From contig CAVPSB010000002.1 in the NCBI GenBank assembly GCA_963708025.1, positions 224,001 through 288,000 on the forward strand: 64,000 nucleotides of DNA, written 5' to 3'. Below the pieces are notes generated by a model. That model saw nothing but the letters and a program-made list of their open reading frames with translations. It ran no database searches and was not told the origin of the DNA. Of this stretch, positions 11,755 through 20,984 are shown one piece after another; the stretch's first letter is position 1; every line of letters begins with the position of its first letter. The position numbers and the translations under genes were made by a program. Origin of the DNA: an uncultured Candidatus Rokubacteria bacterium (GTDB taxonomy: Bacteria; Methylomirabilota; Methylomirabilia; Rokubacteriales; DASRDR01).

Positions 11755-12464
11755 CGAAGAACTTCTTCCGGATGTCGGCCCTGAGCGCGGTGAGCCTCGC
11801 CGTGGAGCCCGGCGAGCTCCTGGGCATCATCGGGCCGAACGGCTCCGGCAAGACGACGCTGTTCAACTGCGTCACCGGCGTCCTGCGGCCGTCGAGCGGG
11901 CAGGTCCGATTCAAGGGCCAGGACATCACGGGGCTCACCGCCGACCAGGTCTACCGCCGGGGCATCGCCCGGACGTTCCAGCTCATCCAGATCTTTCCCG
12001 AGATGACCGTGCTCGAGAACATGCTGATGGCGGCCCAGGAGCGGAAGGGCAGTCTGCTCGGGCGGCTGCTGCGGCGGGAAGAGACCGCGGAGACCGATCG
12101 GGCGAGGGGGCTACTGGAGTACCTCAACATCGCGGCGGTGAAGGACAACCTCGCCTCGAACCTGTCCTACGGGCAGCAGAAGCTCCTCGACTTCGGCATG
12201 GCGCTCATGCCCGAGCCCGAGGTGGTCCTGCTCGACGAGCCGCTGGCCGGCGTGAACCCGACGATGATCAACACCCTGGTGGGCCACATCCGGGAGCTGA
12301 ACGCCCGGGGGCACACGTTCGTCGTCATCGAGCACAACATGGAGGTCGTCATGTCGCTCTGCCGGCGCATCGTCGTCCTCAGCCAGGGCGAGCGCATCGC
12401 GGAGGGCACGCCGGCCGAGGTCGCCGACAACCCCCTGGTGCTCGACGCGTACTTCGGGAGGTGA
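11724..12464 (+). CDS. livG: ABC ATPase (LivG family); no start codon at the expected position
   Basis: 'GPNGSGKTT', 'LSYGQQK', 'LLDEP', 'IEH'; first in-frame ATG is 11771, downstream of 'ILEIRDLTK'. Confidence 0.85.
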   Translation, partial: STPILEIRDLTKNFFRMSALSAVSLAVEPGELLGIIGPNGSGKTTLFNCVTGVLRPSSGQVRFKGQDITGLTADQVYRRGIARTFQLIQIFPEMTVLENMLMAAQERKGSLLGRLLRREETAETDRARGLLEYLNIAAVKDNLASNLSYGQQKLLDFGMALMPEPEVVLLDEPLAGVNPTMINTLVGHIRELNARGHTFVVIEHNMEVVMSLCRRIVVLSQGERIAEGTPAEVADNPLVLDAYFGR

Positions 12465-12467
12465 GCG

Positions 12468-13178
12468 GTGGCCCTGCTCGAGGTCCGGGACCTCCACGCC
12501 GGGTACGGGAAGATCGAGATCCTGAAGGGCGTGTCGCTCTCGGTCGAGGCCGGGCAGGTCGTCTCGATCATCGGCCCCAACGGGGCGGGCAAGTCCACGG
12601 TCTTCAAGACGCTCTTCGGGCTCCTGCCGGTCCGCCAGGGGCGCGTCCGCTTCGACGGCGAGGACGTCACCAGCCGCCCCCCGGCCGAGCTGCTGCGCCG
12701 CGGGATCGCCTACGTCCCCCAGGGGCGGAACGTCTTCCCCCTGATGTCGGTCGAGGAGAACCTGCGGCTGGGGGCCTACACCCGGCCGCGCTCGCGGGAG
12801 CTCGAGGGCGAGGTCGAGCGCGTGTACGAGACCTTCCCGGCGCTCCGCGAGGCCCGCCGGAAGCGGGCCGCCGACCTCTCGGGTGGCCAGCAGCAGATGC
12901 TGGAGATGGGCCGCGCCCTGCTGCTCCGGCCGCGGCTGATGCTGCTCGACGAGCCGACCCTCGGGCTGGCGCCGCTCGTCTTCCGGGAGATCTTCCGGAT
13001 CATCGGGGAGCTGCGGCGGCTCGGGCAGACCATCCTCATGGTCGAGCAGAACGCGGCCAAGGCCCTCGAGATCTCCGACTACGCCTACGTGCTCGAGCTG
13101 GGGCTGAACCGCTTCGAGGGCACCGGCGAGCAGATCCGGAACGACGAGCGCATCCGCCGTCTGTACCTCGGGCGATAG
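12468..13178 (+). CDS. livF: ABC ATPase (LivF family)
   Basis: 'GPNGAGKST', 'LSGGQQQM', 'VEQN', ends 'YLGR'. Confidence 0.92.
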   Translation: MALLEVRDLHAGYGKIEILKGVSLSVEAGQVVSIIGPNGAGKSTVFKTLFGLLPVRQGRVRFDGEDVTSRPPAELLRRGIAYVPQGRNVFPLMSVEENLRLGAYTRPRSRELEGEVERVYETFPALREARRKRAADLSGGQQQMLEMGRALLLRPRLMLLDEPTLGLAPLVFREIFRIIGELRRLGQTILMVEQNAAKALEISDYAYVLELGLNRFEGTGEQIRNDERIRRLYLGR

Positions 13179-13201
13179 TCAGTCGAAGACGACCACGCCG
13201 C
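13166..13201 (+). repeat. Left copy of 36-bp direct repeat (livF end plus ADH end)
   Basis: 32/36 identical to 16969-17004. Confidence 0.85.
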
Positions 13202-13303
13202 CATCGAGCCGATCCTGGACATCTTCAAGACGCTTCTCAACGTGATCGCGGACCTCAGGGCGGCGACGATTCTCTCCGCTCGATCCGCTCCGGCTGCCGC
13301 CGG

Positions 13304-14413
13304 GTGATTCACTTCATCGTTCCCGGCGCGCAGGAATGGGGGATCCGCGACTACCTCAACCTCTACGCTCCGGCGCTCGCCCCACGGGTCAACGTGCTCC
13401 ACTACGAGGATCTACCGGAGCGGACCAGCGCAGCCTCGGGCACCTACATCTTCTCGGCGCTGGATCAGCTGAGTGTCGGGGGGAGGCGCCTGGCCGCGGA
13501 GCTGGCCGATCAGCTCGAGCAGCCGGGCGCCGGCTGTCGGGTGATCAATCATCCCGCCCGGGCGCTGCTTCGACTCGAGCTGCTCGAGACGCTCCACCGC
13601 GAGGGGCTCAACCAGCATCGGGCCGCCCGCGCCAACGGAGATCTCTCGACCCTCCGGTTCCCGGTCTTCCTCCGTGAGGAGTTCCAACACAGCGGGACGC
13701 TCACCCCGCTGCTCCAGACCCGCGCCGAGCTGGACCGGGCGCTGGGCCGCGCGGTGCTGCAAGGATTTCGGCTCCCGGAGCTCCTGGTGGTCGAGTTCTG
13801 CGAGACCGCCGATGCCGAAGGACGATACTGCAAGTACGCCGCATTCAAGATCGGCTCGGAGATCTTCGCGGACGGTTGGGAGCGGGGGCGGGAGTGGATG
13901 CTCAAGGCTGAGCAGAGCGAGCAGAGCGAGGCCAGGCTTCTGGAGGAACGAGTCTACGTTTTGGGCAATCCCCACGAACAGAGCCTTCGCCGGATCTTCG
14001 AGCTGGCCGGGGTCGAGTATGGCCGGATCGACTATGCGATCAAGGATGGGCGGGTGGAAACGTGGGAGATCAATCTGAATCCCACCATCCGACGAGGACG
14101 GCGTCCCGACTTCCGCCCCCTTCCCGAGGCGCTGGACCGGATCAAGGACGTGGCACGACAGCACTTCCTGGACCGGTTCGAGGCCGCGCTGGGGGGCCTG
14201 GACCCCGGCGGGCCGCCGGTCCAACTTCGACTTGCCTACGGTGAAGGATGTCGGGAAGAAGCGAAGCCGATGATCCGACCCGGCGGGCCGCGCGGATGGC
14301 TGGTACCGGTGGCAAGGGTGTTCCGGCCGATCGTGCCGTTCCTGGACCGGATGAGCCGGGCGTTCACTCCGCTCGTGGCTCGGGCGGCTCGGAGGCGGCG
14401 TAAGAGTCGCTAG
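13304..14413 (+). CDS. Hypothetical protein with ATP-grasp-like C-terminal region
   Basis: 'FPVFLR', 'YGRIDYAIKDGRVETWEINLNP'; start at GTG 13304 inferred. Confidence 0.6.
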   Translation: MIHFIVPGAQEWGIRDYLNLYAPALAPRVNVLHYEDLPERTSAASGTYIFSALDQLSVGGRRLAAELADQLEQPGAGCRVINHPARALLRLELLETLHREGLNQHRAARANGDLSTLRFPVFLREEFQHSGTLTPLLQTRAELDRALGRAVLQGFRLPELLVVEFCETADAEGRYCKYAAFKIGSEIFADGWERGREWMLKAEQSEQSEARLLEERVYVLGNPHEQSLRRIFELAGVEYGRIDYAIKDGRVETWEINLNPTIRRGRRPDFRPLPEALDRIKDVARQHFLDRFEAALGGLDPGGPPVQLRLAYGEGCREEAKPMIRPGGPRGWLVPVARVFRPIVPFLDRMSRAFTPLVARAARRRRKSR

Positions 14414-14810
14414 GGCCGTTCTCACGGCGCGACGGGTTGCCGCGGTTCGGGGTGGTCGGGATTCCACCCCCTACACTCGGATACGTTTATCTACGCCTCG
14501 TGGCCAGCGGGCAGATCCGCCTGCGGGGAGCGCTGGCAAACTCGGCGGTGGCGCTATATCCCGGCGGTGCTCAGTCAGCGAGGGCGAAGTGCGGCATGAC
14601 GCGCCGCGCACTGGCGCCAGAAGAATCGTCTTCGAGGGGCGTGCCTAATGCCGGGGTACGCCAGAAATCGCGTCTTCCTGGCAGTCACACCGCGAGCTAT
14701 GCTGAGCCACCTCAATTTCGACTGGACGATCTCACCCGCCACTCGCCCGGGGCCCGAACCGCGGGCTGGCGCAGGCGTGGAGCAGGAGGTACATTGACTC
14801 GGAGATCCCC

Positions 14811-15596
14811 ATGGCGAAGGCCGAAACGCCGCCGAGGCCGCCGCTCACCGCCTACCACGCGAGCGAAGAGGAGCGGGCCGGCTTCCTGCGCCGGATGTTC
14901 GACGGGGTCGCGCCGGACTACGACCGCATGGAGCAGCTGTTCACGATCGGGACCGGCTCCTGGTACCGCCGGCAGGCGCTGGCGCGGGCGGGCCTGACGC
15001 CCGGGATGCGGGTGGTCGACGTTGGCGCCGGCACGGGCCTGGTGGCGCGCGAAGCCGCGCGGCTGGTCGCCGATCCGGTGCTGGTCACCGGGGTCGATCC
15101 GAGCATCGGGATGCTGGCCTGTGCCAGGCTGCCCGCCGGGGTGCGGCGACTGGGCGGGCGGGCGGAGGCGATTCCCCTGGCGGACGGGAGCTGTGACTTC
15201 TTGAGCATGGGCTACGCATTGCGCCACGTCAGCGACCTCGCGACGGCCTTCCGCGAATTCCGGCGCGTCCTCAAGCCGGGCGGCCGGCTCTGTCTGCTGG
15301 AGATCACGAGGCCCGAGGGGCGTCTCAGCCGGGCCCTGCTCCGGGGCTACATGCGCCGGGTGATGCCGGCCGTCGTCCGGCTGGTCACGCGCTCGTCGGC
15401 CACGAGCGAGATGTGGCACTACTACTGGGACACCATGGAAGCCGCCGCGCCGCCGGCGCAGGTGATCGGCGCGCTCGAGGCCGCCGGCTTCACCGGGGTA
15501 CGGCGGCACATCGAAACGCCGCTCCTGAGCCTCTTCGCCGAGTACCAGGCGGTGAAGCCCGGGGCCGCGGCCGGCTCGGGCCCCGGCGGGTCCTGA
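14811..15596 (+). CDS. UbiE/MenG-like class I SAM methyltransferase
   Basis: 'MFDGVAPDYD', 'VDVGAGTG', 'RVLKPGG'. Confidence 0.88.
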   Translation: MAKAETPPRPPLTAYHASEEERAGFLRRMFDGVAPDYDRMEQLFTIGTGSWYRRQALARAGLTPGMRVVDVGAGTGLVAREAARLVADPVLVTGVDPSIGMLACARLPAGVRRLGGRAEAIPLADGSCDFLSMGYALRHVSDLATAFREFRRVLKPGGRLCLLEITRPEGRLSRALLRGYMRRVMPAVVRLVTRSSATSEMWHYYWDTMEAAAPPAQVIGALEAAGFTGVRRHIETPLLSLFAEYQAVKPGAAAGSGPGGS

Positions 15597-15659
15597 GCGG
15601 GCGGAGGAGCGGAACGGAATCCCCCCAGGGTGGCCGAGAATGGGCATTGTGTTGACTCC

Positions 15660-15735
15660 CCCCCCCTCACCCTGCCCTCTCCCCGGTGGGGAGAGGGAGG
15701 TTCGAGGCCTGTTCCCTCTCCCCTGTGGAGAGATG
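15660..15735. repeat. Repeat family D
   Basis: CCCTCACCCTGCCCTCTCCCCGGTGGGGAGAGGG plus a second partial hairpin. Confidence 0.75.
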
Positions 15736-15773
15736 GAATATTCACCCATACTGGAAAACACTCGCGTGCGTTC

Positions 15774-15802
15774 TTGACAGAGGTGGAAAACGCCCGTAGC
15801 CT
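15774..15802 (+). promoter_or_regulatory. Putative sigma70 promoter (leaderless) for AAA ATPase
   Basis: TTGACA-17 nt-TAGCCT; ATG 6 nt after the -10 box. Confidence 0.6.
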
Positions 15803-15808
15803 GGGCGC

Positions 15809-16928
15809 ATGCGTGCCCGGGCTCGCTATCTCGAGGCGCAGGTCCGCCGGGACCTCGGGCGCAAGATGGTCTTCGTGGCGGGGCCACGCCAGGTCGGCAA
15901 GACCACCCTCGCCCGCCGGCTGCTTGGCGCGCGCCCCGGCTACCTCAACTGGGACGTGGCCGCAGATCGCGAGCGCATCCTCCGGGGCGAGCTGCCGCCC
16001 TCGGACTTCTGGGTCTTCGACGAGATCCACAAGTACCGGCTGTGGCGCGGCTTCCTCAAGGGGCTGTACGACGCCCGCCGCGCCCGGCAGCGCATCCTGG
16101 TCACCGGCAGCGCCCGGCTGGACTTCTACCGCCACGGGGGCGACTCGCTCCAGGGCCGCTATCACCTGCTCCGCCTGCATCCCCTCTCGGCGGGCGAGCT
16201 GGGGCTGCGCCGGCCGGGTGAGCTGGCGGACCTGCTCACCCTCGGCGGCTTCCCCGAGCCCTACTTCGGCGGCGACCGAGCGGGAGGCCCGGCGCTGGTC
16301 GCGCGAGTACCGCGTGCGCCTCGTGCGCGAGGAGCTGGCCAGCCTGGAGCGGGTGACGGACCTCGGGCGGATCGAGCTGCTGATGGTGCGCCTGCCCGAG
16401 CTGGTCGGCTCCCCGCTGTCGCTGAACGCGCTCCGGGAGGACCTCCAGGTCAGCCACGAGACGGTGGCCAACTGGGTGGCCATCCTGGAGCGCCTCTACG
16501 CCGTCTTCCGCGTGGCCCCGTTCGGGGCGCCGCGCCTCCGGGCGGTGCGAAAGGAGCAGAAGCACTACCACCTCGACTGGACGCTGGTGCCCGGCGACCC
16601 ACAGCGCTTCGAGAACCTGGTCGGGGCGCACCTCCTCAAGTGGGTGCACTTCCGGGAGGACACGGAGGGCCGCGACGTGGAGCTGCGCTACTTCCGCGAC
16701 GTGGACGGGCGCGAGGTGGACTTCGTGGTCGTCGAGGGCCGCCGGCCGACCCACCTCGTCGAGTGCAAGTGGGCGGACGCGCCCGTGGACCGCGGCCTGC
16801 GCTACCTCAAGGCGCGCTTCCCCTCGTGCGAGGCGTGGCAGGTCTCCGCCGTGGGGACGAAAGACTTCGTGAGCCCCGAGGGCATCCGCGTCGCGCCGGC
16901 GCTCGAGTTGCTGCGCGGGCTGCCCTGA
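15809..16928 (+). CDS. AAA+ ATPase with DUF4143/nuclease-like C-terminus, frameshift near 16275
   Basis: 'GPRQVGKTT', 'FDEIHK', 'TGSA', 'SLQGR', 'GGFPE'; second frame 'FENLV..YFRD..GREVDFVV..VECK'. Confidence 0.88.
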
Positions 16929-16941
16929 CGCTCGGCGGCGG

Positions 16942-16968
16942 CCCCCTCACCCCGACCCTCTCCCCGGG
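16942..16968. repeat. Repeat family D (truncated)
   Basis: CCCCCTCACCCCGACCCTCTCCCCG ending at the right direct repeat. Confidence 0.7.
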
Positions 16969-17004
16969 CCTGGGGCGATAGTCAGTCGAACACCACGACG
17001 CCGC
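16969..17004 (+). repeat. Right copy of 36-bp direct repeat
   Basis: 32/36 identical to 13166-13201. Confidence 0.85.
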
Positions 17005-18076
17005 GGGCGACCTGGCCGCCGCGCATGGCGGCGAAGCCCTCGTTGATGTCGTCGATCGGGTAGGTGCGGCTGACCAGGGGATCGAGCTTGAGGCGCCCGT
17101 CGAGGTAGAGGTCCACCAGGATCGGGAAGTCGAGGTTGGGGCGGACGGAGCCGTACATGGTGCCCTTGAGCACCTTCTCCTGCACCGCCATCCAGTACGG
17201 CGCGATGGGGGCGGTGACCGCCTGGGGCGCCATCCCGACGACCACGGCGGTGCCCCCGGGGCGGACGGCCTCGAGGATCTGGAGGGTCGTTTTCTCGCTG
17301 CCGATGGCGTCGAAGGCGTAGTCCGCGCCCCGGCCGCCGGTGAGCGCCCGCACCCGCTCGACGACATTCTCGCGCTGCGCGTTGACGGTGTGGGTGGCCC
17401 CGAACTCGCGCGCGAACTCGAGCTTGTTGGGCAGCAGGTCGCACGCGATGATCCGGCCCGCGCCGGCCAGGCGCGCGCCCTGGACGACGTTCAGGCCGAC
17501 GCCGCCGCAGCCGATCACGACCACCGAGGCCCCCGCCTCCACCTGGGCGCAGCGGTTGACCGCGCCCCAGCCGGTGGGCACGCAGCAGCCGATCAGCGCG
17601 GCCTGGGGCCACGGCATCTCCTTGCGGATCGGCACCAGCATCTCGGCCGGACACACCACCGATTCCGAGAAGGTGCCGATGCGGGCCATCTGGCTGATGC
17701 CCTGGCCCTTCCACCACACGCGGTAGGTCCCGTCCAGCATGAGCCCCCGCGTCGCGGTGTGACCGTCGCAGAGGATCGAGCGCCCCATCGAGCAGTAGAG
17801 GCAGCGCCCGCAGTGGGGGCGGAACGAGAAGATCACGTGATCGCCCGGTCCCACACCGGACACCCCGGCCCCGACCTCCTCCACGACGCCGGCCGCCTCG
17901 TGGCCGAGCACCATGGGCAGCGGGGTCGGCCAGTCGCCGTTCATGATGTGCCAGTCGCTGTGGCAGATCCCGGCCCCCCTGACCTTGACCCGGGCCTCGC
18001 CCGACCGCGGGCCCTCCTGCTCCACCTCGACCACGTCCAGACGGCTGTTCGGCTCGAAGCACACGGCGGCCTTCAT
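16982..18076 (-). CDS. Zn-dependent alcohol dehydrogenase (class III-like)
   Basis: 'GICHSD', 'GHE', CGRCLYC..C, 'GCGGVG'. Confidence 0.93.
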   Translation of the reverse strand: MKAAVCFEPNSRLDVVEVEQEGPRSGEARVKVRGAGICHSDWHIMNGDWPTPLPMVLGHEAAGVVEEVGAGVSGVGPGDHVIFSFRPHCGRCLYCSMGRSILCDGHTATRGLMLDGTYRVWWKGQGISQMARIGTFSESVVCPAEMLVPIRKEMPWPQAALIGCCVPTGWGAVNRCAQVEAGASVVVIGCGGVGLNVVQGARLAGAGRIIACDLLPNKLEFAREFGATHTVNAQRENVVERVRALTGGRGADYAFDAIGSEKTTLQILEAVRPGGTAVVVGMAPQAVTAPIAPYWMAVQEKVLKGTMYGSVRPNLDFPILVDLYLDGRLKLDPLVSRTYPIDDINEGFAAMRGGQVARGVVVFD

Positions 18077-18172
18077 CCTCGGTCTCTCCCTGTGGGCGCC
18101 GGGCGATCGTCGGCCGGCGCGGGTCCGCGTCTCGTCCTTCGTCCTTGGGCGTCCTTGGGCGTCCTTGGGGGA

Positions 18173-19168
18173 TCAGAGCCTCAGCAGCCGGCGGGCGTTG
18201 CCTTCCAGGATCAGCGCCTTGTCCTCGACGGTCCAGGCCGGGTGGCCGGTGACGACCTCGACCGGCCGCTCGTAGGCGATGGGGAAGCAGTAGTCGCTCC
18301 CCATCATGACGCGGTCGGCCCCCACCAGCCGCTCGAGATAGTCGAGGGGCTGCTCGGCGTAGCCGATGGTGTCGTAGTAGAAGCGCCGAAGATAGTCCAT
18401 GGGCCCGCGCTCGCGCCCCCGCAGCTCGGGACGCTTCTGCCAGCCGCGCTGGAGCCGCCCGACCAGGTAGGGGAAGGCGCCGCCCGCGTGGGGCAGCACC
18501 ACCACCAGGTTCGGGAAGCGGTCGAGCACCCCGCCGAAGACGAGGTGAGCGGCGGCGATCGCCGACTCGAACGGGTTGCCGAGCAGGTTGGTGAGGTAGT
18601 ACTTCGTCAGTCGCTGGTGGCCGATGACGCTCACCGGATGCAGGAAGATCGGCAGCCCCAGCGCGTCGAGGCGCTCGTAGACCGGGAAGAAGCCCTCGTC
18701 GGACAGCTCCTTGTCGCGCACCGCGGTGGCCATGTACACGCCCCGGATCCCCGGCAGCCGGGCCGCCCGCTCGAGCTCCCGGGCGGCCAGGTCCGGCTCG
18801 CTCATCGGCAGCATGGCCAGGCCGTAGAGCCGCTGCGGGTGCTTGCCGTGTGCCTCGGCCAGCGCGTCGTTGAACGCCTCGGCCAGCCCGTGGGCGAGGG
18901 CGCGCCCGGCCCAGTAGACCATGGGCTGGGTGAGCGAGAGCACGTGGACGGCCACGCCCTGCTCGTCCATCGCCGCCAGGCGGGCGTCGAGATCGATGAA
19001 GCGCGGTCCGAGCGGTCCGGCCACCACCTCGCGCACCTTCACGAACGGCTGGCCCTCGACCAGTGAGTACTCGGCGCCGAACTCGGCGCCCTGGTCCCGG
19101 ATGAGCCCCAGGTAGCGCTCCGGGTAGTAGTGGGCGTGGACGTCGATCGGGTGGTGGGGCTGGGTCAC
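18173..19168 (-). CDS. Amidohydrolase_2 family (ACMSD-like decarboxylase/hydratase)
   Basis: 'IDVHAH', 'FLHP', 'HAGG', 'GSDY'; RBS GGAGG before GTG 19168. Confidence 0.88.
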   Translation of the reverse strand: MTQPHHPIDVHAHYYPERYLGLIRDQGAEFGAEYSLVEGQPFVKVREVVAGPLGPRFIDLDARLAAMDEQGVAVHVLSLTQPMVYWAGRALAHGLAEAFNDALAEAHGKHPQRLYGLAMLPMSEPDLAARELERAARLPGIRGVYMATAVRDKELSDEGFFPVYERLDALGLPIFLHPVSVIGHQRLTKYYLTNLLGNPFESAIAAAHLVFGGVLDRFPNLVVVLPHAGGAFPYLVGRLQRGWQKRPELRGRERGPMDYLRRFYYDTIGYAEQPLDYLERLVGADRVMMGSDYCFPIAYERPVEVVTGHPAWTVEDKALILEGNARRLLRL

Positions 19169-19376
19169 GGGTTCCTCCGGCTCTTCGGCGCGGGCCTCGT
19201 GCGACGGCCTAGTATGCCACAATCCTGCGGGCGAGTTCCCGGCCGCCCGACGATTGACAGCGATTCTCCGGCAGCGCTGGAGTCGGATCCGCAGCGACGG
19301 CCTGACCGGTGTCGCGTGGTCGCATCACGACCGAGTCCGTCCTGACATCGGCGACGCCCGGCCGTCGGAGGATGAC

Positions 19377-19678
19377 ATGAGGATGCTGGGACCACTCCTG
19401 GCGCTGGCCCTGGTCGGGGCGCCGGTCGCGACCGGCGCCGGCGACGTCGCCTTGACGATCGACGGCCGCAAGTTCGGCGCCGGAAGGAGAAGGGATGGGG
19501 CACGACCCATCCCGAGGCGATCCGCAACGGCGAGTGGGAGTACGGTCTGTTCACGGCCGACGGCAAGCCGATCCCGATCAACACGGAGCAGGCGTGCATG
19601 CCCTGCCACAAGCGCTTCGAGGCCACCGACTACACCTTCCTCGTCCACAACTACTTCGCCGATCAGGTCAAGAAGTAG
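19377..19678 (+). pseudogene. Cytochrome P460-family remnant (signal peptide plus out-of-frame C-terminal heme domain)
   Basis: From 19481 'RKEKGWGTTHPEAIRNGEWEYGLFTADGK..ACMPCHKRFEATDYTF..*' with CxxCH; not in ORF track. Confidence 0.7.
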
Positions 19679-19690
19679 CGCTGAGCGGGG

Positions 19691-20728
19691 CTAACCGGGG
19701 GCGGGAGGACGCCCGTGGAGCCCGGCGGCCCAGTAGGCGTGCTCCACGAGGCGCAGCGTCTCGAGGTTGTCCGTCGGGTCGGTCTCGAATGGCGTGCCGG
19801 TCTCGAGACAGTCCACGAAGTGCGCGATCACGCCGTCGAAGCTGGCCTGGTAGCCCTGGTCGCCGTCGTAGCGGATGCGGCGCGGCTCCGGCCCGAGTAG
19901 CGTGAGCTCCCAGTCGGCGAACACGGCACTCGCCCGGCTGCCGATCAGCTCGAGCCGGTCCGAGGACCGGGACGGGTAACCGGGGGCGGCCATGGTGCCG
20001 GTCACGGTGACTGGCACCCCGGCGGCGGTCTCCAGGAAGATGGCGGCGAGCGTCTCCCCCACCACGTCCGGGAGCGTGCGGCTGGCGCGGGCGCTCACGA
20101 CGCGGAGCGGGCCGCACAGGAAGCGCACGACGTCGAGCTGGTGGATCAGGGACTCGGAGATCATGAGCCGCCGCTCGCGGGCCATGAACGGCTGGCGCTC
20201 GAGCGCGGGCCGGCGGCCGGCGGCGTCGGGCAGGAGGCCCGAGGAGCTCGCCGAGAGCTGCGCGAGCGCGAGGTCTCCCAGCTCGCCGGCGGCGATCCAG
20301 CGCGCGAGCTCGCGATACCAGGGCCGGAAGCGCCAGTTCTCGTGCACCATGAGGCGCATCCGCCCCTCGACGCGCCGGACCAGGGCCTCGGCCTCGGCGA
20401 GGGTCGGCGTGAGCGGCTTCTGGCAGAGCACGTCGATCCCGCGGGCGGCGGCCGCCTGGACCCAGGCCGCGTGGGTCTCCCGGGGCGAGGCCACGTCGAG
20501 GGCGTCGATGGTCTCGGCCGCGAACATGGAGGCGGCGTCCCGATAGACGGCGGGGATCCCGAACTCTTCCGCGCGGGCGCCGGCTCGCCGCGGATCGGGG
20601 TCGCACACCGCCACCACCCGGACCCGGGGCGCGAGGGCTCGCCAGGCGACGAGGTGGTACCAGCTGATCATGCCGGCCCCGGCCAGGGCCACCCGGATCG
20701 GAGCCACTCGCGACGTGGGCACGGCCAT
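19691..20728 (-). CDS. Gfo/Idh/MocA oxidoreductase
   Basis: 'GAGMIS', 'VLCQKP', 'HENWRF', 'IHQLD'. Confidence 0.9.
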   Translation of the reverse strand: MAVPTSRVAPIRVALAGAGMISWYHLVAWRALAPRVRVVAVCDPDPRRAGARAEEFGIPAVYRDAASMFAAETIDALDVASPRETHAAWVQAAAARGIDVLCQKPLTPTLAEAEALVRRVEGRMRLMVHENWRFRPWYRELARWIAAGELGDLALAQLSASSSGLLPDAAGRRPALERQPFMARERRLMISESLIHQLDVVRFLCGPLRVVSARASRTLPDVVGETLAAIFLETAAGVPVTVTGTMAAPGYPSRSSDRLELIGSRASAVFADWELTLLGPEPRRIRYDGDQGYQASFDGVIAHFVDCLETGTPFETDPTDNLETLRLVEHAYWAAGLHGRPPAPG

Positions 20729-20984
20729 CGATGATCCCCCGGGGTTCGAGGACGAGTTGGTCTTCGCCGCCGCCCGTCGGCCGACGCCGCCGGCTGGCGC
20801 GCAGTCGTACGATACGTGGAGGCCCCGGGCCGACGCAATCGCGTCTCGCCGGGCTGGTGGCGCCGCCGGAGACCCGGGAGGAGGCACCTTGACGCTTCCT
20901 CGGGTCCCGTTCTAGTGTGGGCCCCGACGAGCTCTTTTACCTTCGACGACCTCCGGAATCACCGACCTCGGAAGGGAGGACACC

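Noticed and set aside
12461-13303. N-terminal extension of the 650-aa ORF
   Set aside because: Overlaps livF in another frame; plausible coding starts near 13304
14437-14810. ORF or ncRNA in the intergenic stretch; minus-strand scrap 'ARRVMPHFALAD*' near 14575-14610
   Set aside because: Too short to support; at most a gene-tail remnant
18130-18170. Short tandem CGTCCTTGGG repeat
   Set aside because: Only two to three units; no function can be inferred
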